Made by a program: the position numbers and the translations under genes. Below the pieces are notes generated by a model, which did not search any database, had not been told where the DNA came from, and saw nothing but the letters and a program-made list of their open reading frames with translations. DNA of 64,000 nt from Lophium mytilinum (lineage: Eukaryota): the NCBI GenBank assembly GCA_010093605.1, contig MU004191.1:1286816-1350815 (forward strand), in the 5' to 3' direction. Each line of letters starts with the position of its first letter. Position 1 is the stretch's first letter. Shown here in pieces: positions 1-13,131 of the stretch.

Positions 1-3000
1 CTTCGCGACGCGGGCTTCATCTTTGTCGACGAGGCCCTCCCGGGACGCCGCATCCTCCCACAACTCCCTCCCGACCTTATCAGCGAGCGCCAATACACGA
101 TTCTGCACTGTGGCACCATCGCGACGATTTTTCCTAGAGATGACGCAACGAGTCAGCGAGCCCCTGGGAGAAGCAAGAAGTATGGATGTAGGAGGCCGAA
201 GCAAGCACAACGCAGCAAACGCCACGAACAACCACAGAAAAAGGGCGTTGCGGACGGGCAAGACCAGGGGGAAAGCGGATCAGACAACAAGAGGAAGGAA
301 GGCGAAGACATGACAAGATGCCCCGTAGCAAAGACTCCCGGGCAGCGGCCTTGCGCGGAAGCCTGTGCCTTTACAGGACAGGGGCATGACTGCTATCCAT
401 TGGCACAGTATGGAAGCGAAATAAAGAACGGTTGAAGAAATGATGTAATAGAAAGGACAGACAAGACAGGACGCGCAGCCGCTCGACAAGAATTAGGAGT
501 AGCGGCGGCGCGCGGAATATAGGGGGCACCAAGCCTAATAAAGCAAGATTTGCGACGGCGAAACAAGAAAGGCTTATACAAGAGAGCTAGGGATGATGCT
601 TGAATAGACAACAAGGTATACAAATGGGAGCGTTTGAGGATGGCCGCAAGGGCATACTCTCCCTGGGGGCAATACAAGGATAGGGATTTGTAGAGCCTAA
701 AGAAAAGGCACGAATGGGAGGAAAAGGAAAAGGAAGAGGAAGACGGTAAGAGGAAGAGATAATGCCAAAGGAGAGAGTAGGCATTGAGAAGAGGTATGAG
801 AAGAGTTGCAACGATCCGAGTATAACTTAGGCAATACCAAACAGCAATGAAAAAGCCCAAAGCAAGGAAGAAGGAAGGCACACGGCGGGAAAGGGGCATA
901 AGACAGGCAAAGAGCCCTGCTGAAACACAGGAGGAGCATTGGCTATAACAAGGGGCAGAACACAGCGATTTGAAGGGTAATGAAACGAGACAAACATACC
1001 CTTCTCTCCGCGACAGCGAAACCAGCTCTGAAAAGGTCCAGAGCTTCCCCTTCGCCATGATTTTGCCCGTCTTTGTGCAACGGGAGGGTGTCCAGTCTTC
1101 TGCGAGTCGTACGGTGGATGGAACTTTCGCGTCTTTACTCTTTGCAACCACGATCATACCTTCTTCTTCGAAGCGCTGGTAAGCGTTCTTCAGAATTTCC
1201 TTGTTCACGGCTTCAAAATACGATAAGTCTCCTTGGTGATACAGAGTTTTTCCTAGCTTTACGTGTCGTCAGTAGTGTCTTCAGTCTTCAGTCAACTTAT
1301 CTCTTCAATTTCCATTCCCATTTTCCTCTTATTCATATGATATCGTACCAACATACCAATTGCGCGCGATCCTGAACCTTTTTCATGTCCAGCCACGTTT
1401 CGCCTGTTTGTGTTAATGGGGGCGTAAGCATTTGGAGAGACATTGCGCCAAGCCAGCTCGCTTCAACGAATGGCCATATCAAAAAGCAGTAGAAGTCGAA
1501 ATTCTCCCGGCCGCATTCTCTTTCAGCATCGCTCAGCTCGATGAAATCTATCTTGTTTGGGTCCTCGGAGTTCCTGGTTATCTGGACGACACTGTCCCGC
1601 TCCAGACCATCCAAGGCCTTTGTCAAGTTGACGTCGAGTCCTTCAGTCGGGAAAATGAACTCGCCTCGAAACAGCTTAATCCACGTCAGCAATCTGTGCT
1701 GTACACCTGGCATTTGAGTCAGAACCAACCTGAGATAAGAAATACACCTGATCATGGAGGTCCTCGAATGTGATCCTTTGGTTTTCGGGTCCGCCACCTT
1801 GCTTGATCTTTGTATACATCGCTGCTGAGACAAGAGCCTGCAAGATAAAAAGGTGGATGGTCATGTTCCGGTAAAATGAAAGTTGAAATCTGGACTAATG
1901 TTAACTGCTGTTGCGGATCAAACTTTCGGAAGATTTGTCTTACCTATCAACGGCGTAAAATGTCTCTTCAGGGAGGCCCTGAACAATACCAACTAGGCCA
2001 GGACCAAGAACCTCGAGTCCCCTTTCAACAACTACACTAGTCGGGAGACCAGCGAAGTGGGCCACTCGTCCACCTTGACTTCGAACACGGTCACTGAGCC
2101 ACTCGACTCTTCTGACTAACTCGGCTTTGCCGACACCTCGACCTCTCAGCGTTAGCAGCACAGTGCCAATCAGGGCTGTGGGCATCACGACTGAAACGTC
2201 GTTGATATCGGAAAGGACCTTGTACCCCATGGTCCTCAGAATCCTCAACCTCATCTCTTTCGTGTCCAGCTGCTGAGGTAGCTGGGTGAACCTCTCCGTT
2301 TGCTGCTGGATGAAACCACGGAGACTCCAAGGCTCATGGAATCGGACATCTACGCGGCCCAGTTTCAATGAAAGTACCGAGGATGCAGAAAGGAAATCCA
2401 TAAGGTTTTCTTTTGGCTTCGGCTGTCCGAGAAGTTCGCTGATGTACGAACTATTCTATCTGTCAGCCCGACAGCCACACATAATGAGCCTCGACACTTA
2501 CTCTACTTCAATCACCTTATCGTATTGAGTGCTGACTGGACATATTATTGCGTCGTTGACACGTCCAGATGCCACGCTGTCCAAAAGGAAATTGAGAATT
2601 CCAAACTTGGGCGGCAGAAGTTTACCAGTCCGGGACCTACCACCCTCTATGTCCTTCATTAGCACATCATCAAAAGCGGAATAAGACTGATATGCATCAT
2701 ACCGACAAAACATTCCAAGTTGAATCCGTTTTGGAGAAGCGTGTCGATGTATGCTTGCACAAGCGTGGTATACAGCTGATCGTCTCCAAAACTCCGGCGT
2801 ATCCACATAGCACCTGTGTTGCATCAGCACGTTGTTTAGCCCATCCGGACCCTTTCTTAAATCAGACTATAGGGTCATCTCAGTGTTGACCAACCTGCGT
2901 GCTGCAAGAACGAACCCACGACAGGAAAATTCAGGTTATCACCCGCAACTACCGTCGGCAAGGCCAACCCGAGTCTATAGCAGATAATCTGCAAAGAAAC

Positions 3001-3919
3001 GTAATCGACATGAGATCGATGGCATGGAAGGAAGATTATGGATTGTTTATTCTTCTCTGCTTGCTCGGCGACGCCGCGGAGGCGGAGAACTTCTTCGCTC
3101 GAAACGTGGATACCTATACGACCGAATTAGCAACGCATTTTGAGGTTTTCTCTACCTCCATCACCTCAGAGGACTAATATTGGATTCGGTTCATTTAAGG
3201 ACGAAGAGCTCGTTCTGAAAAGGCATTCGAAATGCCCCTATTGCCAATAGCAAAGATGGTGAATCCAATACACTCCCCCTTCCGAGCGCCCTTGAACCCG
3301 ACCAGACACAGTATAACCAGAAACCACACTCACCCTGATGATACGCCCTCGTCAGCAGCTGTGTGCATAGATAATAGGCGCCCCTAATGAATCGCTGGCT
3401 CTCCATCTTGCAGATCATATCATCCGTCAATTTATCTGCCACCTCCATCAACTGCTCCTCGATCTGGACCCTCCGCCGGTGTTTCCTCTCTTCTACCCCC
3501 AAGCTCCCTCCATCGTCCCCGGACACCTCCTTATCCGCGATTTCTGTCCCCAATCCGCCCTCACGCACCTCGACATCCACTCGCCGACTTGCTAGCTCCC
3601 GCACCTTCTCTCCAAGCTTCTCATTCTGGAGTACCATCCCCTTCATACGTTCGCTGAAGCCCGTATAGAAGATCGGCTGCCCAACCACGTCGTCATAGCT
3701 GCGCCAGCCAGTGCCGGACACGTGCAGTGAGATCTCACGTAGGAAGTCGAGCGGAGATTGCCGGAAGCGTGCCATGCTGCCTACGAGGTTGCGTTCATGC
3801 TCTGGAGGGTGGGAGGAGGTGTAGCCGGCGGTGTGGAGGTGGACAGCATCATCAGCCAGGATAGAGAGGTCGGGAGGTTCGGAGGTAGGCGAGGGCGGCG
3901 GTTTCGATTTAGGAGGCAT
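1..3919 (-). CDS. Glycerol-3-phosphate/dihydroxyacetone-phosphate acyltransferase (PlsB/GNPAT-like), multi-exon; 3' end runs off the window
   Basis: ATG at 3919 (MPPKSK). Acyltransferase motifs FLPCHRSHVDY (~3000-3033) and EGGRSRTGK (~2625-2650). Exons match ORFs 3191..3919, 2498..2830, 1940..2401, 1333..1833 and 393..1208. Last intron 999-134 joins SRREG|KNRRDGATV. Confidence 0.9.
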
Positions 3920-4694
3920 TGTGGCGGTTTAGAAGCAGGACTTGGAGGTATGAGAGTGACTGTTGTCGAGGGATACTGAGGCCGTCCTAGTCCTTCTTCT
4001 CGAGATTGTCGAGGCTCGTATGGTATGGGTTGTGGTGTTGAAGGTGTTCGGTGTCGTGTCTAGCTCCGTGCAGTCCTTCAGCGCGCGTATTGTCGTCTCG
4101 CCATCGTCTGCTTAGACCACAATCCTATGGGATCTGGTCGACGCGTGTGAGGCGTAGGTGAACGTCGATCGAGGTTGGGGGATGGAAGGCGAGACCCGTG
4201 TCGCCGTCCCATGGTTTCCTACCGAGCTTGTGCTCTTAGGAACTTCATGGGTTAGAACCGAGGGTTGATGTCGTGCACGGTTGCGGGGAAGACGACGCCA
4301 CATTTATTATTGGATTGAGTCTATTAGCTCGACTGGTAGGTTCAAAAGAGTCGTCTTCATGCACAACGGAATAAATAGGCTAGAAAACTATTGGACCGAT
4401 TTTGAGTACTTTCACAGCTTTACCAAAGCATAACATACCCAAAAGAGTAATCCTTCAGCTCTTGGCATGCAAAGCACTCCCGGGCGGTTCATACCATCCA
4501 ATGGTAGCACGAGGCACTTCAACAGGCCTCTCGAAGCCCCCTTGACGTTAACCTGTACAAGAGATATTTTTTTAAGACAAGCTGTTCTACATTTGGCTTT
4601 CCACAGTATGTATTCCAGGAAGAAAACCCGGGCAAAGGTAACCACTATGCTAATATTCTGTTACTAGGATTGCTGGTGGCTAATTTCACACAGT

Positions 4695-6452
4695 CTACCC
4701 ATGAGCGGCGACCGTCGCCCTTGCTGGCAGAACCGCAGGCTCCGGCATCGACCCCTTTTCCTCCTCCACGACCTTCCTCACGTCAGGTACCACCACTTTC
4801 TCCTCTACTTTCACCTCTGGCTCCGGGATCTCCATGCCCCATCTGAAGGCACTCCCATAATGATCGTCTCTCAGCCCCTTCTGCCCAGCGCCATAGAGAT
4901 TCTCCCTAAATGCACCGCCAGGTACCTCGTAATCATCCCAATACATACCTCGCTTCTGTAACTCAGGTATCAGCAAATCGATCGTGTCCTTCCAGCTGCC
5001 CGGGTTCGTCACACTCGCGATATTGAACCCATCACAATCCGCTTCGGTTGCCCATTCCTCAAACACATCTGCAACCTGCTGCACGCTGCCAACAGGACTT
5101 GGATGCAAGCCCCCAAGTGCCATCTTGATCCCCAGCCTTCGTGGTGTCCATGGGCCCGACGCCGACTCCGATGCCTCCAGAGCGCGGAAAACAGATTGGA
5201 TCGCCATAGCCTGATTCGCTTTCGACAAATCGATGGGCTCGTCTAGCGGGTACTGCGACATATCAATACCTGTGTAGCCGGAGAACTGTCCCAAGCCAGC
5301 CACGGGGTCTGCGTGCTTCTTCGCATGTTCGTATTTCGCCTTGGCTTCTTCCTCCGTTCGTCCAATGAAGGGCACGATACAAGGGAAGAACTTAATGCTC
5401 TTCGGGTCACGGCCGCGAGCGGCAGCAGCAGCACGCGCGTCTGCAATGACCTTTTTCGCCTGCGCCACGGTGGAAGTGTTGAGGAAGAGAGCTTCGGCAT
5501 GCTTGACGGCGAAGGCGGCGCCAGATTTGGATGTGCCGGCTTGGAAGAGCACGGGGGTGCGTTGAGGAGAAGGGTGCACTTGGTTGCGACCAGCCATACT
5601 GAAGTATTTGCCCTTGTGCGTGATCTTCTTGATTTTGGAGGCGTCAAAGGCCACACCTGTTGACTTGTTCCAGACGGCAGAGTCAGGGGCCCAGGATGAT
5701 TCCCAGAGTCTGTGATATTCATGTTAGTGTGTCAATCCCAGTGGAAATACTTTGATTGTTTAAGAGAAGAAAGGGTTGAGACTTACTTGTATGTCACGTC
5801 CATGAAGTCGTCCGCCATGTCGTATCGCTCGTCATGGGGTATTACGTTCTCTTGTCCCAAAGCATTCGCTGCACACTTCGACCAGCTAGTAACGATATTC
5901 CACGCACATCGCCCTTTCGTTAGGTGATCCAGAGTGCTGTACAGACGGGCTAGCACGTATGGGTTTTCGTAGCTGGTGCTCATCGTGACAGCAAAAGAAA
6001 CCGACTTTGTCACTGCCGCCATTGCTGAAACTATGGGCAAAGGGTCGAGATGAGCAACTTGGTGTCCCGCTTGTAGCATAGCATCCATGCTACCGCCATA
6101 TATCTCAAAGCCGCCGTACCAATCCGCAAAGAAGATAGCCTGAGGGGTGTTAGTAGGGGCGGTGTTATGATGGTAGCGGTGGTGATGCGGAGAGGGGGGT
6201 TGTATAGTGTGGATTTCGGTTGAACGTACGCTAACTTTCCCCTTCTCTGCTAATTTCGCAAGGTCCGTATAGTACTCCAACGTGTCTTTGGTACTTGAAA
6301 CATCTTCGTCTGTTCTGCGGTGCTTACGTGTCAGTGTCTCGAGCTTCTTCAAAGTGTGCGGAGAGCTCATCATACTTCCACTGCCCAGCAGCCATGTAAC
6401 CACCTGTACAACACGTTTCCAGGAAACAAATCTGGACCTTCTTTGGAGCCAT
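4695..6452 (-). CDS. Luciferase-like FMNH2-dependent monooxygenase, NtaA/SnaA/DszA family
   Basis: ATG at 6452 (MAPKKVQICFLE...GQW). Motifs AIFFAD, LDPLPIVSAMAAVT, STSYENPY..AR..STLDHLTKGR.AWNIVTS, PSPQRTPVLFQAGTS, DGFN, LIPELQKRG. GT-AG introns. Confidence 0.92.
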
Positions 6453-6962
6453 TGTTGATCGGTGTAGAGAGAGAGAGACGAACGCTTAATTGGAGTGTAA
6501 CAATTTAGTGATAGAAGAAGATTTGGAGGCTTTTTCAGGAACCAACAAACGTAACCCCACCTCACAACGCGGGACAATGAGGGGCAGCCGCATCTTGCCA
6601 CGGTACTAGACTCGTCCATCTAAGTCGGACTACGAGCCTTGGCGCGGTGGTGTGGTGTTGCGGCTTGGGGTGAGGTCTCCGTCTCGAGGATCGCGGAAGC
6701 TAGCAATTATCCCGATGCAAGCGATAACGCCGCCCTGGGATTCGGAGTGGGCGCCATGCGTCTCTAGTACCACAGTCGAATCGTAACTCAACGGGATGCA
6801 CCTTTTGCTACCTTCACGTCGGATAGAAACTGGCAACCCACGCCGGCCCCGCAGCGTATTGACATGCCCTTCAGCAAAAGAAACACAAATGTACAGCCTT
6901 CACTCTGCCCTTGAGCTTGTCACTGCGTAGAAACAAACCTCTCCAGAATTCAATCTACTACC

Positions 6963-8598
6963 ATGTCGTCACCTGACATGGTGCCCGAGCTCCAGCGCGT
7001 CCTGCTTTCAAAGGAGGGATTGGGTGTCTTTGCAGTATCCGTCGTCGGTCTAGTGATATTTCTTGCTGTATAGAACCCCTGGAAAAGTCCTTTTATAGCT
7101 CGTAATATTAACCGCTTTACAGGTGGAAGCATACAAAACCAATTTTCAGAAGATCGCCGGCATTCCAGAGGTCCCAAATGCATCACCGTTTATTGGGCAC
7201 ATGGGATCCCTAGGCGGTCGCTTAGATAAGAATGACGGTACCATCTATTCAGAATGGGCTACAGAAACCGGCTCAGACATCTACCAAATCCGCGTAGGCA
7301 ATCAGCGGTCCGTGGTGGTGAACTCATGGGCACTGATGAAGGAATTCTGGATCAACCGCTCTAATACGCTCATCGACCGTCCCCACCAGCCCGGCTTCCT
7401 CGACAAGCTTGGGGTCGACTTGACCGGAATGCCTATGACGGACCAAATTCGAAGATGTCGGCAAGCTGCCATGAAGGCTCTCGGCAAGCCCATGTGGCCC
7501 AAGTATTACCATCTCGTGGAGCCCTCATCCGTTGGTTTGGTCAAATCGCTGTACACCAAGGGTCAAAACGGCGAGAAACCTATAGACGTGTACTACTACC
7601 TCCGCCAAGTAGTCTTCGATCTTGCGTTATCATTGACTTATGGTTCCCGATATGGAGCCGTAGACGATGAATTTATGAAGAATTTCATCAAGTCGATCAA
7701 TGCTATCTCTGCGGTGCGGTCATCCACAGCGAATTTCCGTCACTACGTGCCTCTACTACGATTGATTCCAGAACGTATGAATGAGACTGTCAAAGCGGAA
7801 AGGACACGAGCCGCTCATGTGGAGGTCCTTATGAAGTCCCTCAACGAGCGTATCGCAGCCGGCGAGGATATCGATTGTATTGTAACTTCTTTGGACGACG
7901 ACAAGCTCTCAGAAGAGGAGATCCATGGAACCTGCATTTCGCTACTTCAAGCCGCTCCGGACACCGTGGCATCAGGAGTGTACCAGACAATTGCATGGCT
8001 TTGTACACCGTCGGGTCAGCCAACTCAAGCTAAAGTCGTTAAAGCTATTCTTGAAGCATATGGAGGAGACAGAGATTTGGCCTGGAGAATGGCATTCCGA
8101 GAGGAGAAAGTGCCGTTGCTCGTATCACTGTACAAGGAGACTCTTCGATATTACACCTTCGCGCCCTTCGCAACACCTCGTCGAACTGTGAAAGATATCC
8201 AGTACAAAGATATGTTCTTTCCGAAAGGGATCACCATGATCATGAATGCGCAGCAGGTCAACCATGATCCCGAGTTCTTCGGTGCAGATGCGATGGAATT
8301 CAAACCGGCACGTTTCGTTGGAAACGACAGCCCCCTTCCTCATGTTGCATTCGGTTCCGGTAGTAGAATCTGCCCCGCAGTAGCTATCAGTAATCGCCTC
8401 ATATATGCTCTAGTGATGCGATTGCTGCTGGCGTTCGAGATCAAAGAGATAGATGGGCCGGGTGTGAGGAGGCCCAACATAGACCCCATTCATTTCTCAG
8501 ACGTCTATAACCAGCTAGTTGCTCATCCTCGTTTCTTTGACTCCTGCTTTGTTGCCAGAGATCCTGCATGGCTAGAGATAATCACCAGTGAGGTATGA
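6963..8598 (+). CDS. Cytochrome P450, CYP504 (phenylacetate hydroxylase)-like; 526 aa, one intron 7068-7122
   Basis: N-terminal membrane anchor in exon 1; ETLR (ExxR), PARF, heme motif FGSGSRICPA. The CYP504 likeness is inferred from LALSLTYG and related motifs. Confidence 0.9.
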
Positions 8599-9546
8599 AA
8601 GTTACGCAAACGGGCTGCAATACTTGCCATATGAGGAAGTTGGAAGACGAAAAGATGTTGTCGTAGCATAGATAGAATACCCATGCCTTTATGTCAATAA
8701 TGACACATATGGAATATAAAAGGACATACAGCAATTGCACAAACCTTGCATTTAACATAAGCATAGCTACCAGGCTTGCTTGACGTTGGACGTATTGACT
8801 TCTGGAATATCCGACGTCTAGTCACCTGATCAAGTTATGCCGCCGAACAAAACCGCCGGATTGCTAATCTTGACCTCGGGAAAACGAAGTCCTGCCATAA
8901 CTCAACATCAAGGACTTGATAAGGAAGCAAGACTTTCTAAAACGTGTATGAAGCTGCATCTGAGGAGTGTAACGATCACTCTTCCTGCGGTTCACCCCGT
9001 CTCTTTCCGGCGATCTGGATATCAACCACATCCCGGTCGGAATGTCGAAGTGGTTGCGCCTTACGGCAGACGTTCCATTAGCAAGACGAAGATCTAGACT
9101 ATAGTTGAATCTTCCGTACGGGATCCGACAGAGCGGCTTGCTGTGACCGATCCGGTCTTTAGCTTCGAATAGTCAGAGAGAGACTGCCAAAGTGTACATA
9201 CAGATATGGGAATAGATCGAGAATGCGGCAATGATAGTGGCACTCATAGCTTCTCGGCAGCCTTCTTACGCACTCCCAGTCGGAACGCGCGCCCACAAGC
9301 GCGACCGACCGCGTGGGCCGAGAAAGATACGGCGTTTGAGGGAGTGGATCGGGACCGCTCCCCTGCTTCCCGACTGTCTAGCCTCCCTGCTAGTCTTCAC
9401 GGCCCATGCTATCGTCTATCGCCTCAAGCTCGAAACCACGAGCATGGAATTCAATCTGTACTTATGTATGGGTCCCAACGCCCCGTTACCAGATCCCAGT
9501 ATCAGCATTAGATCTAACATCGGCATCATTGTCAACCATTGTGAAG

Positions 9547-11752
9547 ATGAACTTCCTCTCCAAGATCGACAATGCTATGCAGGTCCGCTCGAAGGGGGTG
9601 TATGAGAACCAGCCTGCTCATCGATGGGGCAATAGGGATATCTACCCTATTCTCCCAAACCAGCGGACGTACACCATGAGAGCTTTCTTCGCGTATTGGT
9701 TGGTTTCTTCCCCAGAACCGATTACCTAGACCGAAATTTCGATAAATTACTAACCAGTACAACAATATAGGTTCACAGCAGGAATCTGCATCACATGTGC
9801 GTATCCCGCCATTCTAAACCTCAAATCAGCTATTGTTATTGACATTCTGCTTTAGCATGGACTTTGGGCAGTAGTATGATAGGAATTGGACTCACGGCCG
9901 GCCAGGCGTGTGGTGCGGTTCTCGTGGGTGCATCATTTGCCGCTCTGCTTGGATTTCTGGCAGGACAGGCTGGTAAAGTCCACCACCTGAGGTAGCTCTC
10001 CCTTGATCTCTGATGTCGAACGCAGCTAACCGGTCAGCTTTACCATCATGGGACGGGCAGCTTTTGGAATGTATGGATCTTACTTTAGCATTATGCTATG
10101 CGTTTTCGAGTCTGTCATTTACGTAAGTGTTATCTCGACCTTGAGCAAGCGTGTGCTCGAAAGCTGACCGGACAAAGTTTGGAATCCAATCGTTCTACGG
10201 CGGGCAAGCCGTCGTTGTCGTCTTGAACTCCATCTTCCCACAGTTCCTTCACTTGAAAAATACCTTGCCAGAGAGGTACGGCTCTTCCGATGGTTGTCCC
10301 TTTGTGCGCGGCTAATCGTTTCGTAGTGCTGGAATCACCACCCAAGCTCTTCTTGGGTTCCTGCTCTACTTCGTTTTCTATGTCCCAACCCTCTTCATCG
10401 CCCCCAATAGGATTAACAGGTTCTTGTATCCCAACTTTATTATTATCTGCGTAACCTTCGCCGGAATTCTTGGGTGGGCTATTCATAGCAACGGTGGCCC
10501 CGGTGACCTTGTCAAGCCTGTCATTGCCATCTCCAACAAGGAAGCCGCTTTCGCTATGATGTCTTCAATGTCTTCGGTAGCTGGAGCATACACCGGTGGC
10601 TCAGTAAGCTTTGTATTGCAAGGATCTTTGAACTAAGAAGACTAACAGATCGAAAGGTTCGCATCAGCGATTGGACACGTTACTCCAAGACAAGAAATGC
10701 TTCGGTACTCCCAATGGCCATCTCCATGCCTTTGACCGTCACGCTTGGCGCGCTCATTGGCATACTCGTCACTTCGGCAACGAACAACATGTACGGCGTC
10801 GTCATCTGGAACCCGCTGCTTATGTTGCAATATGTCCAGGGCATCCAATATACTGCTGCATGCCGGGCAGGGACGTTCTTCGCTGGTTCGTTGGAAAATC
10901 CTAGCTTGTGACCACCGTATCACTTTGCTGATCCTAATTAGGTCTTGGCCTCCTCTCATCACAAGTTTTCGTAAATATTACACAGAACGGTATGAGCTCG
11001 GGTATGGACATTGCTGCTATTCTCCCTCGGTACATCGATATTAGGAGAGGCTGCATCGTCATTTGCGTTATAGGAATCGTCATACAGCCTTGGCGTTTCT
11101 TGACCCAGGCTCTTACATTCTTGACCGTTTTGAGTTCCTTTGGAGGTAAATCCGCTCTTGCAAGTTTTCACGTGTTCCTAGCTAAATTCATCGTAAAGTC
11201 TTCATCGCACCAATGGCCGGTATTATTTTCGCCGATTTCTGGATAGTGCGTAAACAGATTTGGAAAATTCCTGATCTCTACAGCGAGGTATGTCCTCTGA
11301 TACTTGTCTTTTTGAAAACTGCTAATTATTTTAGGATGGTATTTATTGGTATACTGCTGGTTTGAACTGGAGAGCCTTCCTCACGTTCTTTATGGCGACG
11401 TGGCCTTCGATGCCTGGTTTCGTCTGTGCCATCAATGGACACCCAGTCGCTGAAGGTTGGACTCGCATCTATCAACTGTCGTACTTTGTTGGCCTGGTGA
11501 GCACTTCATCTTCCGCGACCCGATTAAGTATGTGTCTAACGACCTCAGATCATCTCAATCCCCATGTACATCGGGATCTGTAAATTATCCCCACCCGAAG
11601 GCCTTTTCATCGCCGAAACGATGGATGAGTCAGAAATTTTGGAAGGCGCTGCTCCAGCGGATCAAGACAGCAATGTTTCCGTCGGCGGCTTGGACGACAC
11701 CGAGAAGGGTGCAAGAAGCAAGGAAACCCCTATCGAATATGGTCAGCTTTGA
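9547..11752 (+). CDS. NCS1-family (Fur4/Dal4-like) nucleobase/allantoin permease, intron-rich
   Basis: Spliced motifs RWGNRDIYP, FGIQSFYGGQA, ISDWTRY, WNPL, QPWRF, NWRAF; many TM segments; short GT-AG introns. Confidence 0.88.
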
Positions 11753-11904
11753 TGAAGATATATAGACTCAAATTTTGGATCGAACGGCGCGATATACACC
11801 TAGAGGATCTAGAAGTGCTGCGATAGTAATGAAATGGGAGCTTACGCAAGATAGGACAGCTAGAACATCACAATAGACCTATTGTATTTGCTTGATTTCT
11901 ATTT

Positions 11905-12898
11905 TCATAGATAATCTTTCTTCCTTGATGTCCTAGTGTACTGGTTCATATGCCACTCAACATCCCCGTCTTTGTTGTCAAGTGTCCCGGCTCGAATCTC
12001 GAAGAGTCGCATCGTCATCCGTGGCCCCACTTCGGCAAGTTCGACGCTCTGGTATCCTGTCTTCACGAAGACATGGTGGCGCATTTCGATGCTGTCTTCG
12101 ATGTTCTTGAAGGTGACGATTCGGTTTCCGACTTTGGCTGAGCTTTCGCGGGGTGGGAATAGATGCTTGAGAATCTGGACAACGCGCAGACCCAGTTTGG
12201 TGCTGAATCCTTCGAATATCAAGTGTGGATAGGACTCAGAAACGGTCCCGCGGGAGGCATTAGGGATGTCGTGACGCAATACCACATTATGAAGAGAGAA
12301 GGAAGCCGTAGGACCGTGAGGAAAATGGGAAACGGTTAGAGCAGTGGGTGTGCCACGATGCTGTCAAGATGTTAGCAATGCGTCCATATATTGGCGTGCA
12401 AGAATGCTTGCCTCGTGAAGAAGGATCAGATCGCTCAAGCCTTGTGCAAGAGCACTGGACACCATATTTGGCAACACGGTATTACCACGATTCAAACGAA
12501 TTGAGGTGGGGAGTAGGAGTTTGATCTCTTTGGAGAAAGTCGAAAGTCGCGAAGAAGGATCGCGCGAAGTTGTAACCAGAATGCGCGGGTCCACGACACC
12601 AGAGAGCTGTTGATATTCATCATCCAGAGCTAGTTCCTCCTCCGCTGTCCGATCCGCTCGAGATTCATCATACTTGAAATCTTTCCGAAGGGTTTTGTCG
12701 TTTGCAACGGCTGAGTCGAGAGGCTTTCCGGACGCAAGAGAGCTTTTCAGCGCAGCCCGCTTTGAGGCGAGTTCGGCGTCTCGTAAGGTAAGGGCACGAC
12801 GGTATAGGTAGTCGCGGCGTTCGCGAGCTTGACGGCGCTACAAGAAGTCAGTACTTGAGATACTCCTGCATTATTTCACACAGTTGCCTTACAATCAT
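11905..12898 (-). CDS. IMP4: U3 snoRNP protein Imp4 (Brix domain)
   Basis: [17 protein letters not shown] start; [23 protein letters not shown] across a GC-AG intron (12411-12361); [16 protein letters not shown]; ends KKDYL. Confidence 0.96.
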
Positions 12899-13131
12899 GA
12901 TGTGTGGTTGAAGAGCAAGGAAGATGTGGGATGCGGGTTGTAGATGTGGTGGATTATAAAATTTCACCAAAGCAAGTTTAACCGAGGAAGCTTGGCATGA
13001 TTGAAAGTGGAGTTCGAGGACTTTTCTTTCCTTCGAGTCCGATGTATATAATTATTAAGATACATGGGAGTTTTATAACCTGGTAATGATGGTCAAGATT
13101 CAAGTCCCTCGAACATGCCACCAACTCGCTT

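Noticed and set aside
8600..9800. TPP riboswitch upstream of or inside the NCS1 gene (GATCTGGAT at ~9012)
   Set aside because: It lacks the CTGAGA and AATACCAGCG aptamer elements in the right order.
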